From the NCBI GenBank assembly GCA_019057375.1, contig DXJF01000045.1, positions 24,316 through 88,315 of the forward strand: a stretch of 64,000 nucleotides of DNA, in the 5' to 3' direction. Source of the DNA: Candidatus Heimdallarchaeota archaeon (GTDB taxonomy: Archaea > Asgardarchaeota > Heimdallarchaeia > Heimdallarchaeales > Heimdallarchaeaceae). The position numbers and the translations under genes were made by a program. Shown piece by piece: positions 43,723 through 53,960 of the stretch. The notes under the pieces are model-generated. The model was given only the letters and a program-made list of their open reading frames with translations. It was not told the DNA's origin and did no database searches. Numbering within the stretch: the first letter of the stretch is position 1; each line of letters starts with the position of its first letter.

Positions 43723-45219
43723 TTGGTTGTTTTGAGTATAAAGACATTTATTCTCAGTAAAAAGGTAATATTATATTCTTTACTATTGATTTTGATAAGC
43801 TCAATAGTTATTACTACTGTTTTCCTAACTATCTCACCATTCTATACTTCAACAGGACCTATTGAAATAGAATCAGACTCAGAACTAAAAGATCATTCTG
43901 TTAGAGGTACTGGAACAAAAACTGACCCCTACAAAATTGAAAGGTATAAGATTGTCTCCAGTGGAGATTTTGGAATTCGAATTTCTGGTACAACAAAATA
44001 TTTCGTTATTACAAATTGTTACATTGATGTGAATGCATACGGGATCTCTATATATAATACCGCAAAAGAAACCGTCTTAATAACAGACAATACTTGCGTT
44101 AGTTCGTATTATGGAATTTGGCTATACAATACTACGGGAACAATTGTTTCAGATAATGTATGTAAAAAGAAAAAGGAGGGAAAGTATATTTGGTTGTTTG
44201 AGATGCAATTTGGGGGGATTTACTTGAATAGAAACACAAATACCACCATTTCTAACAATTCTTGTCTTCAAATGAAAGATTTTGGTATATTCATGGAATC
44301 TTGTAATGAAATGCTAGTTGTAGAAAATACTTGTAAAGATGTAGCTGGGTATGGGATTTATGCTACAAGGTCTTCTAATGTAACAATTACAAATAATTTG
44401 GTAAAGAACAATCTAGGTGCAGGAATTGGATCAGCTAATAATGAATTTATCATAATTGCAGAAAATAAATTCAAGAACAATGGTTTCACAATAAATGATA
44501 TGTGGCAGCTTGGTTATGATTTTTCTACATTGCAAGTGTTCGATAATACGATAAATGGAAAAAAATTGGGCTTCTTCTTTAATTTAACATCTAGTGTCAT
44601 AGAAGATTCAGACTATGGTCAAATCATTCTCTGTGAATGTACAAATGTAACGGTTAAAAATCAGGTTTTTGAGAATCTTCAAGCAGGTATATCCTTAATT
44701 AATTCTACCAGACTTTGTATAACTCAGAATCAATTTATCAATTGTGGAAATGGAATTTACTCTATTTTTACATCTAATTCAAATTTTACTAATAATATTT
44801 GTAATAACAACTCTAATGCAGGCATATTTCTAGATTACTATTGTTCTTCTATATTGATAGACTCTAATGACTGCAATAATAATAGATATGGGATTTATTT
44901 GTGGTATTCTAGTCTCTGTAATATGACATACAATTTGCTTGTCGAGAACACCAGGTATGGGGTATATATTAATATGAATTCAAAAAGCAATAGCGTACAT
45001 CATAATACATTTGTCGAAAATCATCAAGAAATTGTTCATTATTTTGAGAGTTCTCAAGCTATTCAATGGGAGCTTGATTATCCTAATTATTGGTATGATA
45101 TAATGTCAAATGAAGGTAACTTTTGGTCAGACTGGAGTGGTACTGGATACTATAAGATTGATTGTCTAGATGGGGATTTGTATGATTTCTATCCCTTGTC
45201 AGAACCTACAAGAAGTTAA
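43723..45219 (+). CDS. Right-handed parallel beta-helix (PbH1) repeat protein with N-terminal TM/signal anchor (498 aa)
   Basis: Repeated ~22-residue turns (NNxCxxNxxGIxLxxSxNxTIxxN). N-terminal hydrophobic helix. TTG start. Confidence 0.7.
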   Translation: MVVLSIKTFILSKKVILYSLLLILISSIVITTVFLTISPFYTSTGPIEIESDSELKDHSVRGTGTKTDPYKIERYKIVSSGDFGIRISGTTKYFVITNCYIDVNAYGISIYNTAKETVLITDNTCVSSYYGIWLYNTTGTIVSDNVCKKKKEGKYIWLFEMQFGGIYLNRNTNTTISNNSCLQMKDFGIFMESCNEMLVVENTCKDVAGYGIYATRSSNVTITNNLVKNNLGAGIGSANNEFIIIAENKFKNNGFTINDMWQLGYDFSTLQVFDNTINGKKLGFFFNLTSSVIEDSDYGQIILCECTNVTVKNQVFENLQAGISLINSTRLCITQNQFINCGNGIYSIFTSNSNFTNNICNNNSNAGIFLDYYCSSILIDSNDCNNNRYGIYLWYSSLCNMTYNLLVENTRYGVYINMNSKSNSVHHNTFVENHQEIVHYFESSQAIQWELDYPNYWYDIMSNEGNFWSDWSGTGYYKIDCLDGDLYDFYPLSEPTRS

Positions 45220-45347
45220 ATTCTACTTTTTCTCTTCTTTCTATTAGTTCTAACAACAAATTATGGCTTGGAAATATCCTTTAAGTATTGATAAATTAGA
45301 TAAATAGATGATTTCTTCTCTTGGACAAAATGTCCTACTTGTTGTTC

Positions 45348-45572
45348 TCAATATATTCCATATTCTTTATCAAGTTCTCGTAGAAGAGCACTCACCTCAG
45401 GACTGGTGGAATCTATCCCCGCTTGTTCTAAGATTTTTGCAAGATGCTCGATGTCAAATGATGCTATTGCTTCATGATATGTTTGCTTAACGAATTCTCT
45501 AATTTGCTCATCCATTTTCTTTTCCTCTATTATAGATGATAGAAGAAATTTCTTTGGTATATTCATTTTCAC
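45348..45572 (-). CDS. Hypothetical small protein (74 aa)
   Basis: ORF track; helical composition; no family recognised. Confidence 0.35.
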   Translation of the reverse strand: MKMNIPKKFLLSSIIEEKKMDEQIREFVKQTYHEAIASFDIEHLAKILEQAGIDSTSPEVSALLRELDKEYGIY

Positions 45573-45665
45573 ATTTTACGAAATTTCTTAGTTTATCAAT
45601 AAAACAACACTTACGCTGCTTGAAGAAGCAAACTATAAATATTAAAAACGACAGAATTTTATATT

Positions 45666-46646
45666 ATGATAAAAAAACAGCTTGCGTTTTATATTCTTCT
45701 TGCGATAACTTTTTCGTTTACTATTCAGCCTATTTTTTCAGAAGCTAATACTCCAGAACATGATCAAGATTATTATATTGACCATCTTACTGGTGTTCAT
45801 ATAGCAATGTATAATGGTTCTGGTTCATGGAGTTATGGGAAAAAAGCTGTTTCTAGACTGTTTGATTGGGCAGGATGTACATATGAGAATGTTTCAGGTC
45901 AGAATATAATTGATGGGTGTTTAGAAAATTTTGACATTCTCTACTGGCCAGGAGGAGATTATGTTTCTTATTTGGGAGAAATGGATTTGGAAGGTAAAGC
46001 AGCTGTACAGGAGTTCATTTCCAGCGGTGGAGGATATTTGGGTATCTGTGCAGGAGCTTATTATGCCTGTGATTATATGGTGTGGATGGATGATGATAGC
46101 TTCCCTCCTCCTGATTACAAGGTTGAGGGAGATGAACTTAACCTTGATCTCTTAGAGGGAGTAGCTTGGGGACCAATTTTCGAGTTAGCCGAAAGACCTG
46201 AACCTGGGTATGCTATGGTTCAAGTTAATATCAATCATAACCACCCTATTACCAGCAACCTTCCAGACACCATGCAAATTATCTATATTGGTGGTCCATA
46301 CTTTGTTCTTCATGCGGATGCAGAGCAGGATATATCTATCTTAGGTACATATGATTTAACTGAGCAAAATGCAATAGCTGCTACCACATATGGGCAAGGA
46401 AGGGTTTTTCTAATAAGTCCGCATGCAGAAGTAGAGGAAGATAGCAACAGAGATGGTTATGAACCTTTTGACGAACTTCCTGATGAAGGGTCAGATTGGC
46501 CTTTACTTTACAATGCACTAGAATGGTTATCATTTAAGACTCTAGAAGATACAAGTAAATCACATTCTTCATTTCTATTCACAAATCTAGCTATGATAAT
46601 AATTGTATTATGGCTAAAAAAATCAAGAAGACAAGGAAAAAAATAA
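45666..46646 (+). CDS. Secreted class-I glutamine-amidotransferase-like (BPL_N-like) domain protein with C-terminal TM anchor
   Basis: Signal peptide. ILYWPGGD ... GGGYLGICAGAYYA nucleophile-elbow-like motif. C-terminal FLFTNLAMIIIVLWL followed by KKSRRQGKK. Confidence 0.5.
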   Translation: MIKKQLAFYILLAITFSFTIQPIFSEANTPEHDQDYYIDHLTGVHIAMYNGSGSWSYGKKAVSRLFDWAGCTYENVSGQNIIDGCLENFDILYWPGGDYVSYLGEMDLEGKAAVQEFISSGGGYLGICAGAYYACDYMVWMDDDSFPPPDYKVEGDELNLDLLEGVAWGPIFELAERPEPGYAMVQVNINHNHPITSNLPDTMQIIYIGGPYFVLHADAEQDISILGTYDLTEQNAIAATTYGQGRVFLISPHAEVEEDSNRDGYEPFDELPDEGSDWPLLYNALEWLSFKTLEDTSKSHSSFLFTNLAMIIIVLWLKKSRRQGKK

Positions 46647-46774
46647 CTCAGAAAATCAGATTTTAATAGTTCTATTTTTCAAATCATAATATATTTACTT
46701 TTTCTCTTAAAGGATGTAATATCAGGCTCAAAAAATGGCTAATTTTAAATAACTGGTTAATTCTTAAGTCATTC

Positions 46775-47326
46775 ATGAAAATTTTAGTAACATATTATAG
46801 TGTGACAGGGAATACTAGGAAAATTGCTGAAGCAATTTATGAAACTTCATCAGAAGATCATGAGGTTCACTTGAAAGATATGAATGACATATCACTAAAG
46901 AATTTTGCAAATTATGATTTAGTTTTCTTAGGTTCTGCATGTCATGACTCTGATTTAGCTCATCCTGTTTTGCAACTATTTGAAAAAACGCCCTCTTCCT
47001 CGGAGTTTAAACTTGCTGGTTTTGTTACTCATGCCTCTTATACTCCTGATAAGGGAGAATATGAAAAAAGCATGTATGACAAATGGGCTGGAAGATGTAT
47101 AAAATCCTTCGAGAGTTTTGCTCACAATAACAAAATCAAATTCCTAGGGTTCTTCAATTGTATGGGAATACCTTCTCCACCTATAGAGAAATTCATTCAT
47201 GATCAGATTGTTACTGAAGAGGAACAATGGGCTATATATTCTGAAGTTATCAAAAAACATCCTGATGAAAATGACATAGAGAATGCTAAGAAATTTGCTA
47301 AGAAAATACAAAAAATGTGTGAATAA
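46775..47326 (+). CDS. Flavodoxin-family protein (183 aa)
   Basis: N-terminal FMN phosphate-binding pattern KILVTYYSVTGNTRKIAEAI and LVFLGSACH. Confidence 0.75.
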   Translation: MKILVTYYSVTGNTRKIAEAIYETSSEDHEVHLKDMNDISLKNFANYDLVFLGSACHDSDLAHPVLQLFEKTPSSSEFKLAGFVTHASYTPDKGEYEKSMYDKWAGRCIKSFESFAHNNKIKFLGFFNCMGIPSPPIEKFIHDQIVTEEEQWAIYSEVIKKHPDENDIENAKKFAKKIQKMCE

Positions 47327-47348
47327 AGTTTCAACTTCTTACATTAGT

Positions 47349-48341
47349 CTATATTTTCTGGTATTCCTCTGGAATATTTACCGTAAACTTACACTCTAAA
47401 GCACCAGTAAGAGGTGTTTCAATAGGTTCAACTTTAACTGGTTGGTCAAAAACTATGTCCCAATATTGTTTAAAGAATCCTGCACTACAATTACAGAAGT
47501 TAGAAGAAATTTCCTTTTCATCTCCCTTTTTAATTGCTCCTCGCACCCATGCGCAATAGCAACTGTAGTATCTTTTCATTCTTTCATCTTCAGTATTGAG
47601 AAATCTTTCCATCTGATAAGGTATTTTTGTAACAATTATTTTATTTTCTTTCCTTATTCCTGGAGTAATAGTTCTACTATTTTTTACATAGTTGACAACT
47701 TCATCATTGACATATTGAGCATATTCTAATGTTCCCTCTTCTGCATGTTTTTCTAGTCTTTCAACAAATTCTTGTTTCTTTATTTTCAGGAATTCATCAA
47801 TATCACCAATTCTCAAGAAATCTTCTCTGTCTTTCTTAATTGGTTCAAGTGGTCTTCCATGTAAACATGGTGATAATATCTCTACTGTTTTTTCTTCTCC
47901 TATTCTTTCTTCCATTCTTCTCATTATTTTTTTTGTAAACTCTGGCTTTTCATCTGGATGAACTCCCAGAACAGGAATTGTGAGGTCTTTAAATATCTCA
48001 TCTCTTATTTTTTCATCAAAGTGCTCTGCTATTCTTGTATAAAGATTGTCCATTGCATTGTAACCTTCAACTATGTCAATGACCTCGATGATGTAATCAT
48101 ATTTTTTTAAGAAATTTGCATAATTAATTATAGCTCTTAACAAATTTAGAATTGTATCTTCGTTTTTGTTTACTAAAGACTCTGTATACTCAATTATTTT
48201 CCCCTCAGGTATTGAATCAATATCACTACCCTCTTTCTTAAGAAATTCTTGTAGCTCTAGTAATCTATCAATAAATGTTGATACTCGTTCTTCCTTGGAA
48301 TTATTTTTCAATAAATACTCTCTAAAAGCTTGTTGATTCAA
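47349..48341 (-). CDS. Hypothetical protein with C-terminal Cys cluster (330 aa)
   Basis: ORF track. C-terminal YYSCYCAWVRG ... FCNCSAGF ... ECKF suggests a metal site. No family recognised. Confidence 0.45.
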   Translation of the reverse strand: MNQQAFREYLLKNNSKEERVSTFIDRLLELQEFLKKEGSDIDSIPEGKIIEYTESLVNKNEDTILNLLRAIINYANFLKKYDYIIEVIDIVEGYNAMDNLYTRIAEHFDEKIRDEIFKDLTIPVLGVHPDEKPEFTKKIMRRMEERIGEEKTVEILSPCLHGRPLEPIKKDREDFLRIGDIDEFLKIKKQEFVERLEKHAEEGTLEYAQYVNDEVVNYVKNSRTITPGIRKENKIIVTKIPYQMERFLNTEDERMKRYYSCYCAWVRGAIKKGDEKEISSNFCNCSAGFFKQYWDIVFDQPVKVEPIETPLTGALECKFTVNIPEEYQKI

Positions 48342-48479
48342 AATATCTCACCTTTGTTTAATAGCTTTTTTTATAAAAAAATTAAACCTTCAGACAGTTA
48401 TATTAGTTTTTGTGCCATTAGTCTAAGTCTAAGAATATAAAAGAAAGAATAGTAAAAAAGGAAATTTGATTTTAATTTC

Positions 48480-49226
48480 CTATTTTTTTCTATATGCTTT
48501 GACGCTTGAACCTATCATTCCTAAGAATGCTAAGCCAAATATTAATGCAATACTTGAGTAGGGTGTTCCAGTAGTTTGTGGTATTTCACAAATGCACATG
48601 TTATCAAATTCATCAACCCAACCATTGTTTGGTGCGATGTCAACAGTTGTAGAATTAGATGTATTAGCGACACCTTGGATAATATAACTAGTTCCTAAAG
48701 GTTGTTCTCTATGAATTGCTCCATCAATATCAAAGGTAATGTCATTTCCTGAAATAACCACAACATCTAGATTGGGATTAGATCCAACCCAGTTATTTCC
48801 ATCCCAATAAAAAGTACCTTCAACTTTTGCGCTACCATCTGATGTAAGGTAATAACGAAAAGCGCTGATATATGAATTATTTATCCAGTGGTCACCATTC
48901 CTGCGACAATCAAAATGTGCTACATACTCATAGAAATCTGTACTCCAAGTCTCTGTATCAGGATTGGTATCGTGCATACTTGTATCAATCCAAATATTGT
49001 AAAATCGCCAATTATTTACACCACTATCTTTATAGTAAGGTTCCTCAGCTAAAGTAAGTTGTAAATCTGTTTTAGAAATGGTCATGTTTATTATGTCAAA
49101 ATAAGATTGAGAAGCATCACCTATAGTATCCGTTTCCCATCCTGCATATGTTTGAGTAGTATTAGGTAAAGTTACGAAAAATAGTGTTGTGATAAACATA
49201 AAGATGATAATACTTAGCTTCTTCAT
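48480..49226 (-). CDS. Secreted, C-terminally membrane-anchored protein (248 aa)
   Basis: Signal peptide MKKLSIIIFMFITTLFFV. C-terminal IALIFGLAFLGMIGSSV followed by KAYRKK. Confidence 0.55.
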   Translation of the reverse strand: MKKLSIIIFMFITTLFFVTLPNTTQTYAGWETDTIGDASQSYFDIINMTISKTDLQLTLAEEPYYKDSGVNNWRFYNIWIDTSMHDTNPDTETWSTDFYEYVAHFDCRRNGDHWINNSYISAFRYYLTSDGSAKVEGTFYWDGNNWVGSNPNLDVVVISGNDITFDIDGAIHREQPLGTSYIIQGVANTSNSTTVDIAPNNGWVDEFDNMCICEIPQTTGTPYSSIALIFGLAFLGMIGSSVKAYRKK

Positions 49227-49292
49227 ACTATATTTTTGTGTTTTCTTATTAAAAACCTAACTTAAACTGCAAACCAATAAAGAACGCTGAAC

Positions 49293-49760
49293 TTAATTTG
49301 TTTTTTCATTATCTGCGAGATTAATTCTTTCTATCAATAACTCTGCAAATTCCTCAGCTGCAACTTTGCATTCCTCAGATAGTGGGGTGTCAAAATATAG
49401 ATCCTTTGGTTGTATTCCCACATACATTGTAATTAGATCTGGAACAGCTGGTTTGAGAAACTCTTCAAGCATTGTTAAAGACAATGTGTGAGTAGAAAGA
49501 TGAAAGCCACTAGAAACAGCTTCTTTAGGAAAAATTGCAATAGCTCCAGGTATTTCTTTCATATCTGCAGCATCCAAAATTATGATTCTGTCTGGTTCTA
49601 GTCTTCTAAATTTCCCAAGAAAATGTTCTGGAACGTTTTCACAATAGAAATTTGTTACCCACTCTGGAAGGTTTGCTTCTTGAAGAATAGAAAGAACATA
49701 CAATCCAACTGCATCATCTCCGTTATCTTCATTTCCAACTCCAATAATTGCTAATTTCAT
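49293..49760 (-). CDS. [NiFe] hydrogenase maturation endopeptidase (HycI/HybD family)
   Basis: IIGVGNEDNGDDAVG (consensus GxGNxxxxDDGxG), with later Asp (ILDAADM) and His (HLSTHTLSL). Start set at MKLAIIG (49760); the ORF-track start at 49886 would add 42 N-terminal residues. Confidence 0.8.
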   Translation of the reverse strand: MKLAIIGVGNEDNGDDAVGLYVLSILQEANLPEWVTNFYCENVPEHFLGKFRRLEPDRIIILDAADMKEIPGAIAIFPKEAVSSGFHLSTHTLSLTMLEEFLKPAVPDLITMYVGIQPKDLYFDTPLSEECKVAAEEFAELLIERINLADNEKTN

Positions 49761-49950
49761 AGCCTCTTTTAGAAATTCATCGATAGCTTGAATAAATTCT
49801 TGAGTAAATTGTTCATCTGCTGATTCAGACATTAATGCTAAACCAAAATAGCTGTTCATAAGTTCTTCTTTAGGTAAATAAATCAAATTGACATATTAAC
49901 CAAAAATAGCAATGTTTAAATTGGTCTTACCTCTTTTGCTTACTAGAAAC

Positions 49951-50274
49951 TGAGTCGATAGCAACGACTAGCCGGGGACCTAGGGCGTCCTTGTACCAGA
50001 AGCGCTCTATATGCTGGGGTGAATGCTGTTGCTGAGGCTTCGTTGAGGTTGATACGCCTTAATCGGATAGCGTTGAAGCGCTGCCCTATGAGACTGTGTA
50101 CACTGGAGGCGATTTCGGAGGAAATCGTTAGAAAGGTTGAAGTCAAAATGGGCCAGGTACGGAAGTAAGCAGCTCTAAGACTGATATGTGGTGCCCATAG
50201 CAAGCGGCGTGGAGCTTATGGTTAAGAAACGGCTTCTAAAATGGTGTCGAACAACAGGTCGCTATGATCGGCTC
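49951..50274 (+). ncRNA. Signal recognition particle RNA (archaeal 7S RNA, ~324 nt)
   Basis: GC-rich island in AT-rich DNA. Helix-8 core GGCCAGGTAC-GGAA-GTAAGCAGC matches the universal SRP motif (CAGG...GGAA tetraloop...AGCAGC). The 5' GAGTCGATAGC pairs with the 3' GCTATGATCGGCTC. Confidence 0.8.
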
Positions 50275-50356
50275 AGTTGTCTACTATTTTCCCGAAAAAC
50301 CTATTAATGACTATTCTCTTCTTGAAAGGATTTATAATTTCATAGAAGTGCCAATA

Positions 50357-52300
50357 ATGAAAAATGTTTCAGACGAGAAATTTGAAGCAATTGAGAATAT
50401 GTTTCTTACTGGTAGATATCATGAGGCACTACAAGAAATAGATTTTATAGAACAAAGAAGAGATGTAACGTCTGAGGATAGAGTCTTTTGTTATAGATTA
50501 AAAGCACAATTGTATAGTATTTTTCAACCATTTACTAAGGCAATAGAATTTGGTGAAAAAGCTGTTAAAAACAGTGTGGAAATTGGTAATGAATTCCTTA
50601 TTATTGATTCAGCATTTCATCTTGGTAGATCTTTATGTATGACTGGAAATCTTAACGTTGGAGTCGAGTATTTAGAATTAGCCCAAAAAACCCTTGATTC
50701 AATTAACAATCAAGAAACACCAGAATACCTCAAAAGGAAAGCCATACTACTAGGTCACTGTAAGGGGTGGAGAGATGGTTTTGATTTTCTGTTGGAGAAG
50801 TTGACTCAAGCATTAAAAATAGTAGAAGAAATAGAATGGGATTATGGAAGAGTAAATATTCAGTATGAGTTAGCTTGTCTTTATCAGTGGTATGGAAAAT
50901 ATTCCCAAGCTATCACGCAGTTTGAAATTTGCTTAGAACTTGCTGAGGAATTTGATGTTTTTGAACAAAAAATGGGTTGTTTATCAAGCTTGGGAACAAT
51001 TTATCTTGACATGGGTGAATTAGAAACATCGCTTGACTATTTAATGAAAAGTCTACCTTTTGCTGAAAAAATGGAATCAGCATACGCGTTATCATTTATT
51101 CTTGGGGATATCGGTCTCATACACTGGCAAAAACACGATTTAGATGAAGCTGTAGAATATTATACTAAGTGTACTCAAATGCTTCTAGAAACAGGAAACT
51201 CACACCATCGGAGATATTCTTGGATACTTTTTCGATTGATTCTCGTTTTACTAGAACAAAATAAGTTTAAAAAAGCTAAAGAAAATCTAGAAAAAATAAA
51301 AGAAATATCTGATTTCCAGAGTTACAGAAAGCAACACCTTAGTCATAAAATCTACAAATTAAGTAAAGCGATTATTCTTAAAGCAATTTCATATGAAAAT
51401 GATTTAAATGAAATAGTTGATCTACTCAATGAAGTTGCATATGATTCTCTCATTCATAATGAAATGAATAAGATAGCTCTATTTCATTTGTGTGATTTGT
51501 ACTTTAATAAATTAATAAAGTCAAACGATTTTGAAATTTTAAGTTATATCAAATTGAAGATTAATGATTTAGAAAAGTTAGCTAGAGAGCAAGATTCTTA
51601 CGTTATTCTTGCTGAGGCTTTATTATTCGAATCTCAACTTTCTTTGCTTGAATTAGAAATAGATGAAGCCAAGCTATTATTGAATGATGCACAAAAAATA
51701 GCAGAGGAAAAAGGAATCCATAGACTTGCTAATTTGATTTCTAATGCCCATGACAAAATTATCGAAAACCTTGATCAATGGGGAAATGCTTCTTTGTTGC
51801 TCCCTGATCTCTCTGAAAGATTGGAACTAACGCATATCGAAGATTTACTGTATGATCTAGTTAGGAACAAATTAATCTACAAGGATGTTAAAAAAGAAAA
51901 GGAAAAACCAAATGCATTTCTCATATTAGGTCAAGAAGGTACTATTTTATTTTCAGAAATTCTTAACGAAGATTCCTTTGATACTAACCAAATAGGCTCC
52001 ATTATATCAAAAATTCAAAATGAAGAAATCAAACATGAATGTGCTATGCCGATATTTGAGAGAGTTAAATACAATGGTTATACTATTATCAAAGTGAAAC
52101 ATGGAACTTTCATTTTCAGTTATATTTTTATTGGAAAGTCCTTTTTAGCATCAAGAAAATTTCGAAAATTAGTAAGTGAAGTCCAGAGCTATTCTGAAGT
52201 TTGGAGGAACCTACTACCAAAGTTTGAGAGCAAACAGCAATTAGTACTTGATGACCGCATTCAACTTTCAACATATTTACAGAAGATGTTTTTGGAATGA
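50357..52300 (+). CDS. TPR-repeat protein with C-terminal longin/roadblock-like alpha-beta domain
   Basis: Multiple 34-residue TPR-like repeats (e.g. YGKYSQAITQFEICLELAEEF, GELETSLDYLMKSLPFAEKM, DLDEAVEYYTKC). Start moved to the ATG at 50357 because the ORF-track start (50264) overlaps the SRP RNA. Confidence 0.6.
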   Translation: MKNVSDEKFEAIENMFLTGRYHEALQEIDFIEQRRDVTSEDRVFCYRLKAQLYSIFQPFTKAIEFGEKAVKNSVEIGNEFLIIDSAFHLGRSLCMTGNLNVGVEYLELAQKTLDSINNQETPEYLKRKAILLGHCKGWRDGFDFLLEKLTQALKIVEEIEWDYGRVNIQYELACLYQWYGKYSQAITQFEICLELAEEFDVFEQKMGCLSSLGTIYLDMGELETSLDYLMKSLPFAEKMESAYALSFILGDIGLIHWQKHDLDEAVEYYTKCTQMLLETGNSHHRRYSWILFRLILVLLEQNKFKKAKENLEKIKEISDFQSYRKQHLSHKIYKLSKAIILKAISYENDLNEIVDLLNEVAYDSLIHNEMNKIALFHLCDLYFNKLIKSNDFEILSYIKLKINDLEKLAREQDSYVILAEALLFESQLSLLELEIDEAKLLLNDAQKIAEEKGIHRLANLISNAHDKIIENLDQWGNASLLLPDLSERLELTHIEDLLYDLVRNKLIYKDVKKEKEKPNAFLILGQEGTILFSEILNEDSFDTNQIGSIISKIQNEEIKHECAMPIFERVKYNGYTIIKVKHGTFIFSYIFIGKSFLASRKFRKLVSEVQSYSEVWRNLLPKFESKQQLVLDDRIQLSTYLQKMFLE

Positions 52301-52318
52301 AAAAAATTAGCAGTGAAA

Positions 52319-52903
52319 CTAATAAGTTTCACATAAAATTTCATAGTATTTGCTTGGATGGCTGCAACTTGGACAATTGTCTGGTGGATGTTCTCCTTCG
52401 TGAACGTGACCACATTTCTGACAAACCCATGTAACCTTCTCAGCTTTTTTGAAAACAGTTTTACCTTCAATTTGTGCTAAAAGCTTCATGTAGCGTTCTT
52501 CATGATGCTTTTCTGCGTCACCAATAGCTCTTAATCTATCTGCTATTTTTGAAAAACCTTCCTTATCTGCAACATCAGCAAATTCGGGGTACATAGTTTC
52601 ATACTCATAATGTTCCCCAGCAATGGCAGCTTTAAGATTAGCAATGGTGTTATCTAAAACCAATGGTGCTTCAGCATCGACTGAAATAACCTCTTCTGAG
52701 AATTTTAGTTTCTTTTTAACTTCTTGAATCATACGGAAGTTCCATTTGGCATGTTCTCTTTCGTTATCAGCTGTTATAAGGAATAGATTTGCGATTTGCT
52801 CATATCCCTCTTTACGTGCAATTTTTGCATACATGGTGTATCGGTTTCTTGCTTGACTTTCTCCAATGAATGCTTTAGCTAGATTTTTTAATGTCTCACT
52901 CAT
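52319..52903 (-). CDS. rbr: Rubrerythrin (194 aa)
   Basis: Diiron four-helix-bundle motifs (GESQARNRY, EREHAKW, GEHYEYETMY, EKHHEERY) plus a C-terminal rubredoxin-like CQKCG...CPSC. Confidence 0.9.
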   Translation of the reverse strand: MSETLKNLAKAFIGESQARNRYTMYAKIARKEGYEQIANLFLITADNEREHAKWNFRMIQEVKKKLKFSEEVISVDAEAPLVLDNTIANLKAAIAGEHYEYETMYPEFADVADKEGFSKIADRLRAIGDAEKHHEERYMKLLAQIEGKTVFKKAEKVTWVCQKCGHVHEGEHPPDNCPSCSHPSKYYEILCETY

Positions 52904-53003
52904 TTTGATTTCCTCATAAACAATAGTTTGAGTAACTATAGTACGGAAAAAGATTCAGTTTATATTTCTTTTTCTTGTTGTTATACTTCAGAAAAGGTGA
53001 AAA

Positions 53004-53960
53004 TTATTTTAGTTCTTTAATGGATTGAACTTTATCCTTCAACCAACAACTCCTACATAAGTCACTGGCAGTTGCTTCACCGCATTTCATACAATCCTGC
53101 ATTTTTTTACTTGTTGGACTATCACTAATCATTTTCAATAACTTATCTAAACCCCTTACAATATTGAAGGATAGCATGGGTTGCTTTTCTTGAGTTTTAA
53201 AAATAAAATCTCTAACATCTCCTCTATATGCTTCAACTGCATAAGGGCAAGGGATTTCCTGATATTCTAAGTCATTTAGATAACAATACATAACTATCTC
53301 AGCTTGAGGAGTTGTGCGAAAAGGTTTTGCTCTAGGAACTAAACTGCGATGTATTTTTCTTGGTTTTGGATCTAACCTTACTAATCTTTGAATATCTCCT
53401 CTGATAATATTAAGAAGTACAGTTTCAGCTTCATCCTCAAGATTATGCCCGGTTAGTAAGACATCTGCCCCTACTTCTTTTGCAGCTTTGTTCAGAATTT
53501 TTCTTCTTAGAATACCACAATATGAACAAGCACCATACTCTCTATCTTTTCCTCTCTCGCCCAAAATCTTGATGATATTATCAAGATCATAACCAAAATC
53601 ATGTTTGAAGGAGAACACATGATGTTCAATATTTAGTCTTTCAACATTCATTTTAGCAAAGTGCAAACCTTCATCACGATAGTTTTCTATGCCTTCATCA
53701 ATAATTATAGCTACAAGATTACTTTCAGGAAAATCTTTCTCAATTCTAGACATAATATCTAAAAGAGCTATACTATCCTTACCCCCTGAAACACCTATGG
53801 CAATCCTATCTTCTCTTCCCAACATCTTATATCGGGTAATGGTCTTCTGAACTCGTTTTCTCATTTGTTCATTGAAATGTCTAATGCAAAGAGCTAACTT
53901 ATCGTACTGCCGAACATAAACTGTTTGTTCTCCACAAAGAGTGCATTTCATAGTTTTCAC
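53004..53960 (-). CDS. tRNA 2-thiolation PP-loop ATPase (TtuA/NcsA family, 318 aa)
   Basis: N-terminal zinc finger CTLCGE...CIRH, PP-loop GVSGGKDS, CSYCGILRR cluster ligands, C-terminal zinc finger CMKCGE...CRSC. Confidence 0.85.
   Translation of the reverse strand: MKTMKCTLCGEQTVYVRQYDKLALCIRHFNEQMRKRVQKTITRYKMLGREDRIAIGVSGGKDSIALLDIMSRIEKDFPESNLVAIIIDEGIENYRDEGLHFAKMNVERLNIEHHVFSFKHDFGYDLDNIIKILGERGKDREYGACSYCGILRRKILNKAAKEVGADVLLTGHNLEDEAETVLLNIIRGDIQRLVRLDPKPRKIHRSLVPRAKPFRTTPQAEIVMYCYLNDLEYQEIPCPYAVEAYRGDVRDFIFKTQEKQPMLSFNIVRGLDKLLKMISDSPTSKKMQDCMKCGEATASDLCRSCWLKDKVQSIKELK

Noticed and set aside
49943-50203. 86-aa minus-strand ORF
   Set aside because: It lies entirely within the GC-rich SRP RNA gene, and its Arg/Ala/Ser-rich translation is typical of a spurious ORF across a structured RNA.
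49951-50274. RNase P RNA as an alternative identity for the GC-rich structured RNA
   Set aside because: I found no GAGGAAAGTCC-type CR-I or the other RNase P conserved regions. The SRP helix-8 core (GGCCAGGTAC-GGAA-GTAAGCAGC) is present, and the ~324-nt length fits archaeal 7S RNA.
50264-50356. N-terminal 31 codons of the ORF-track call 50264-52300
   Set aside because: They overlap the 3' end of the SRP RNA. The ATG at 50357 (MKNVSDEKF) gives a clean start just downstream.
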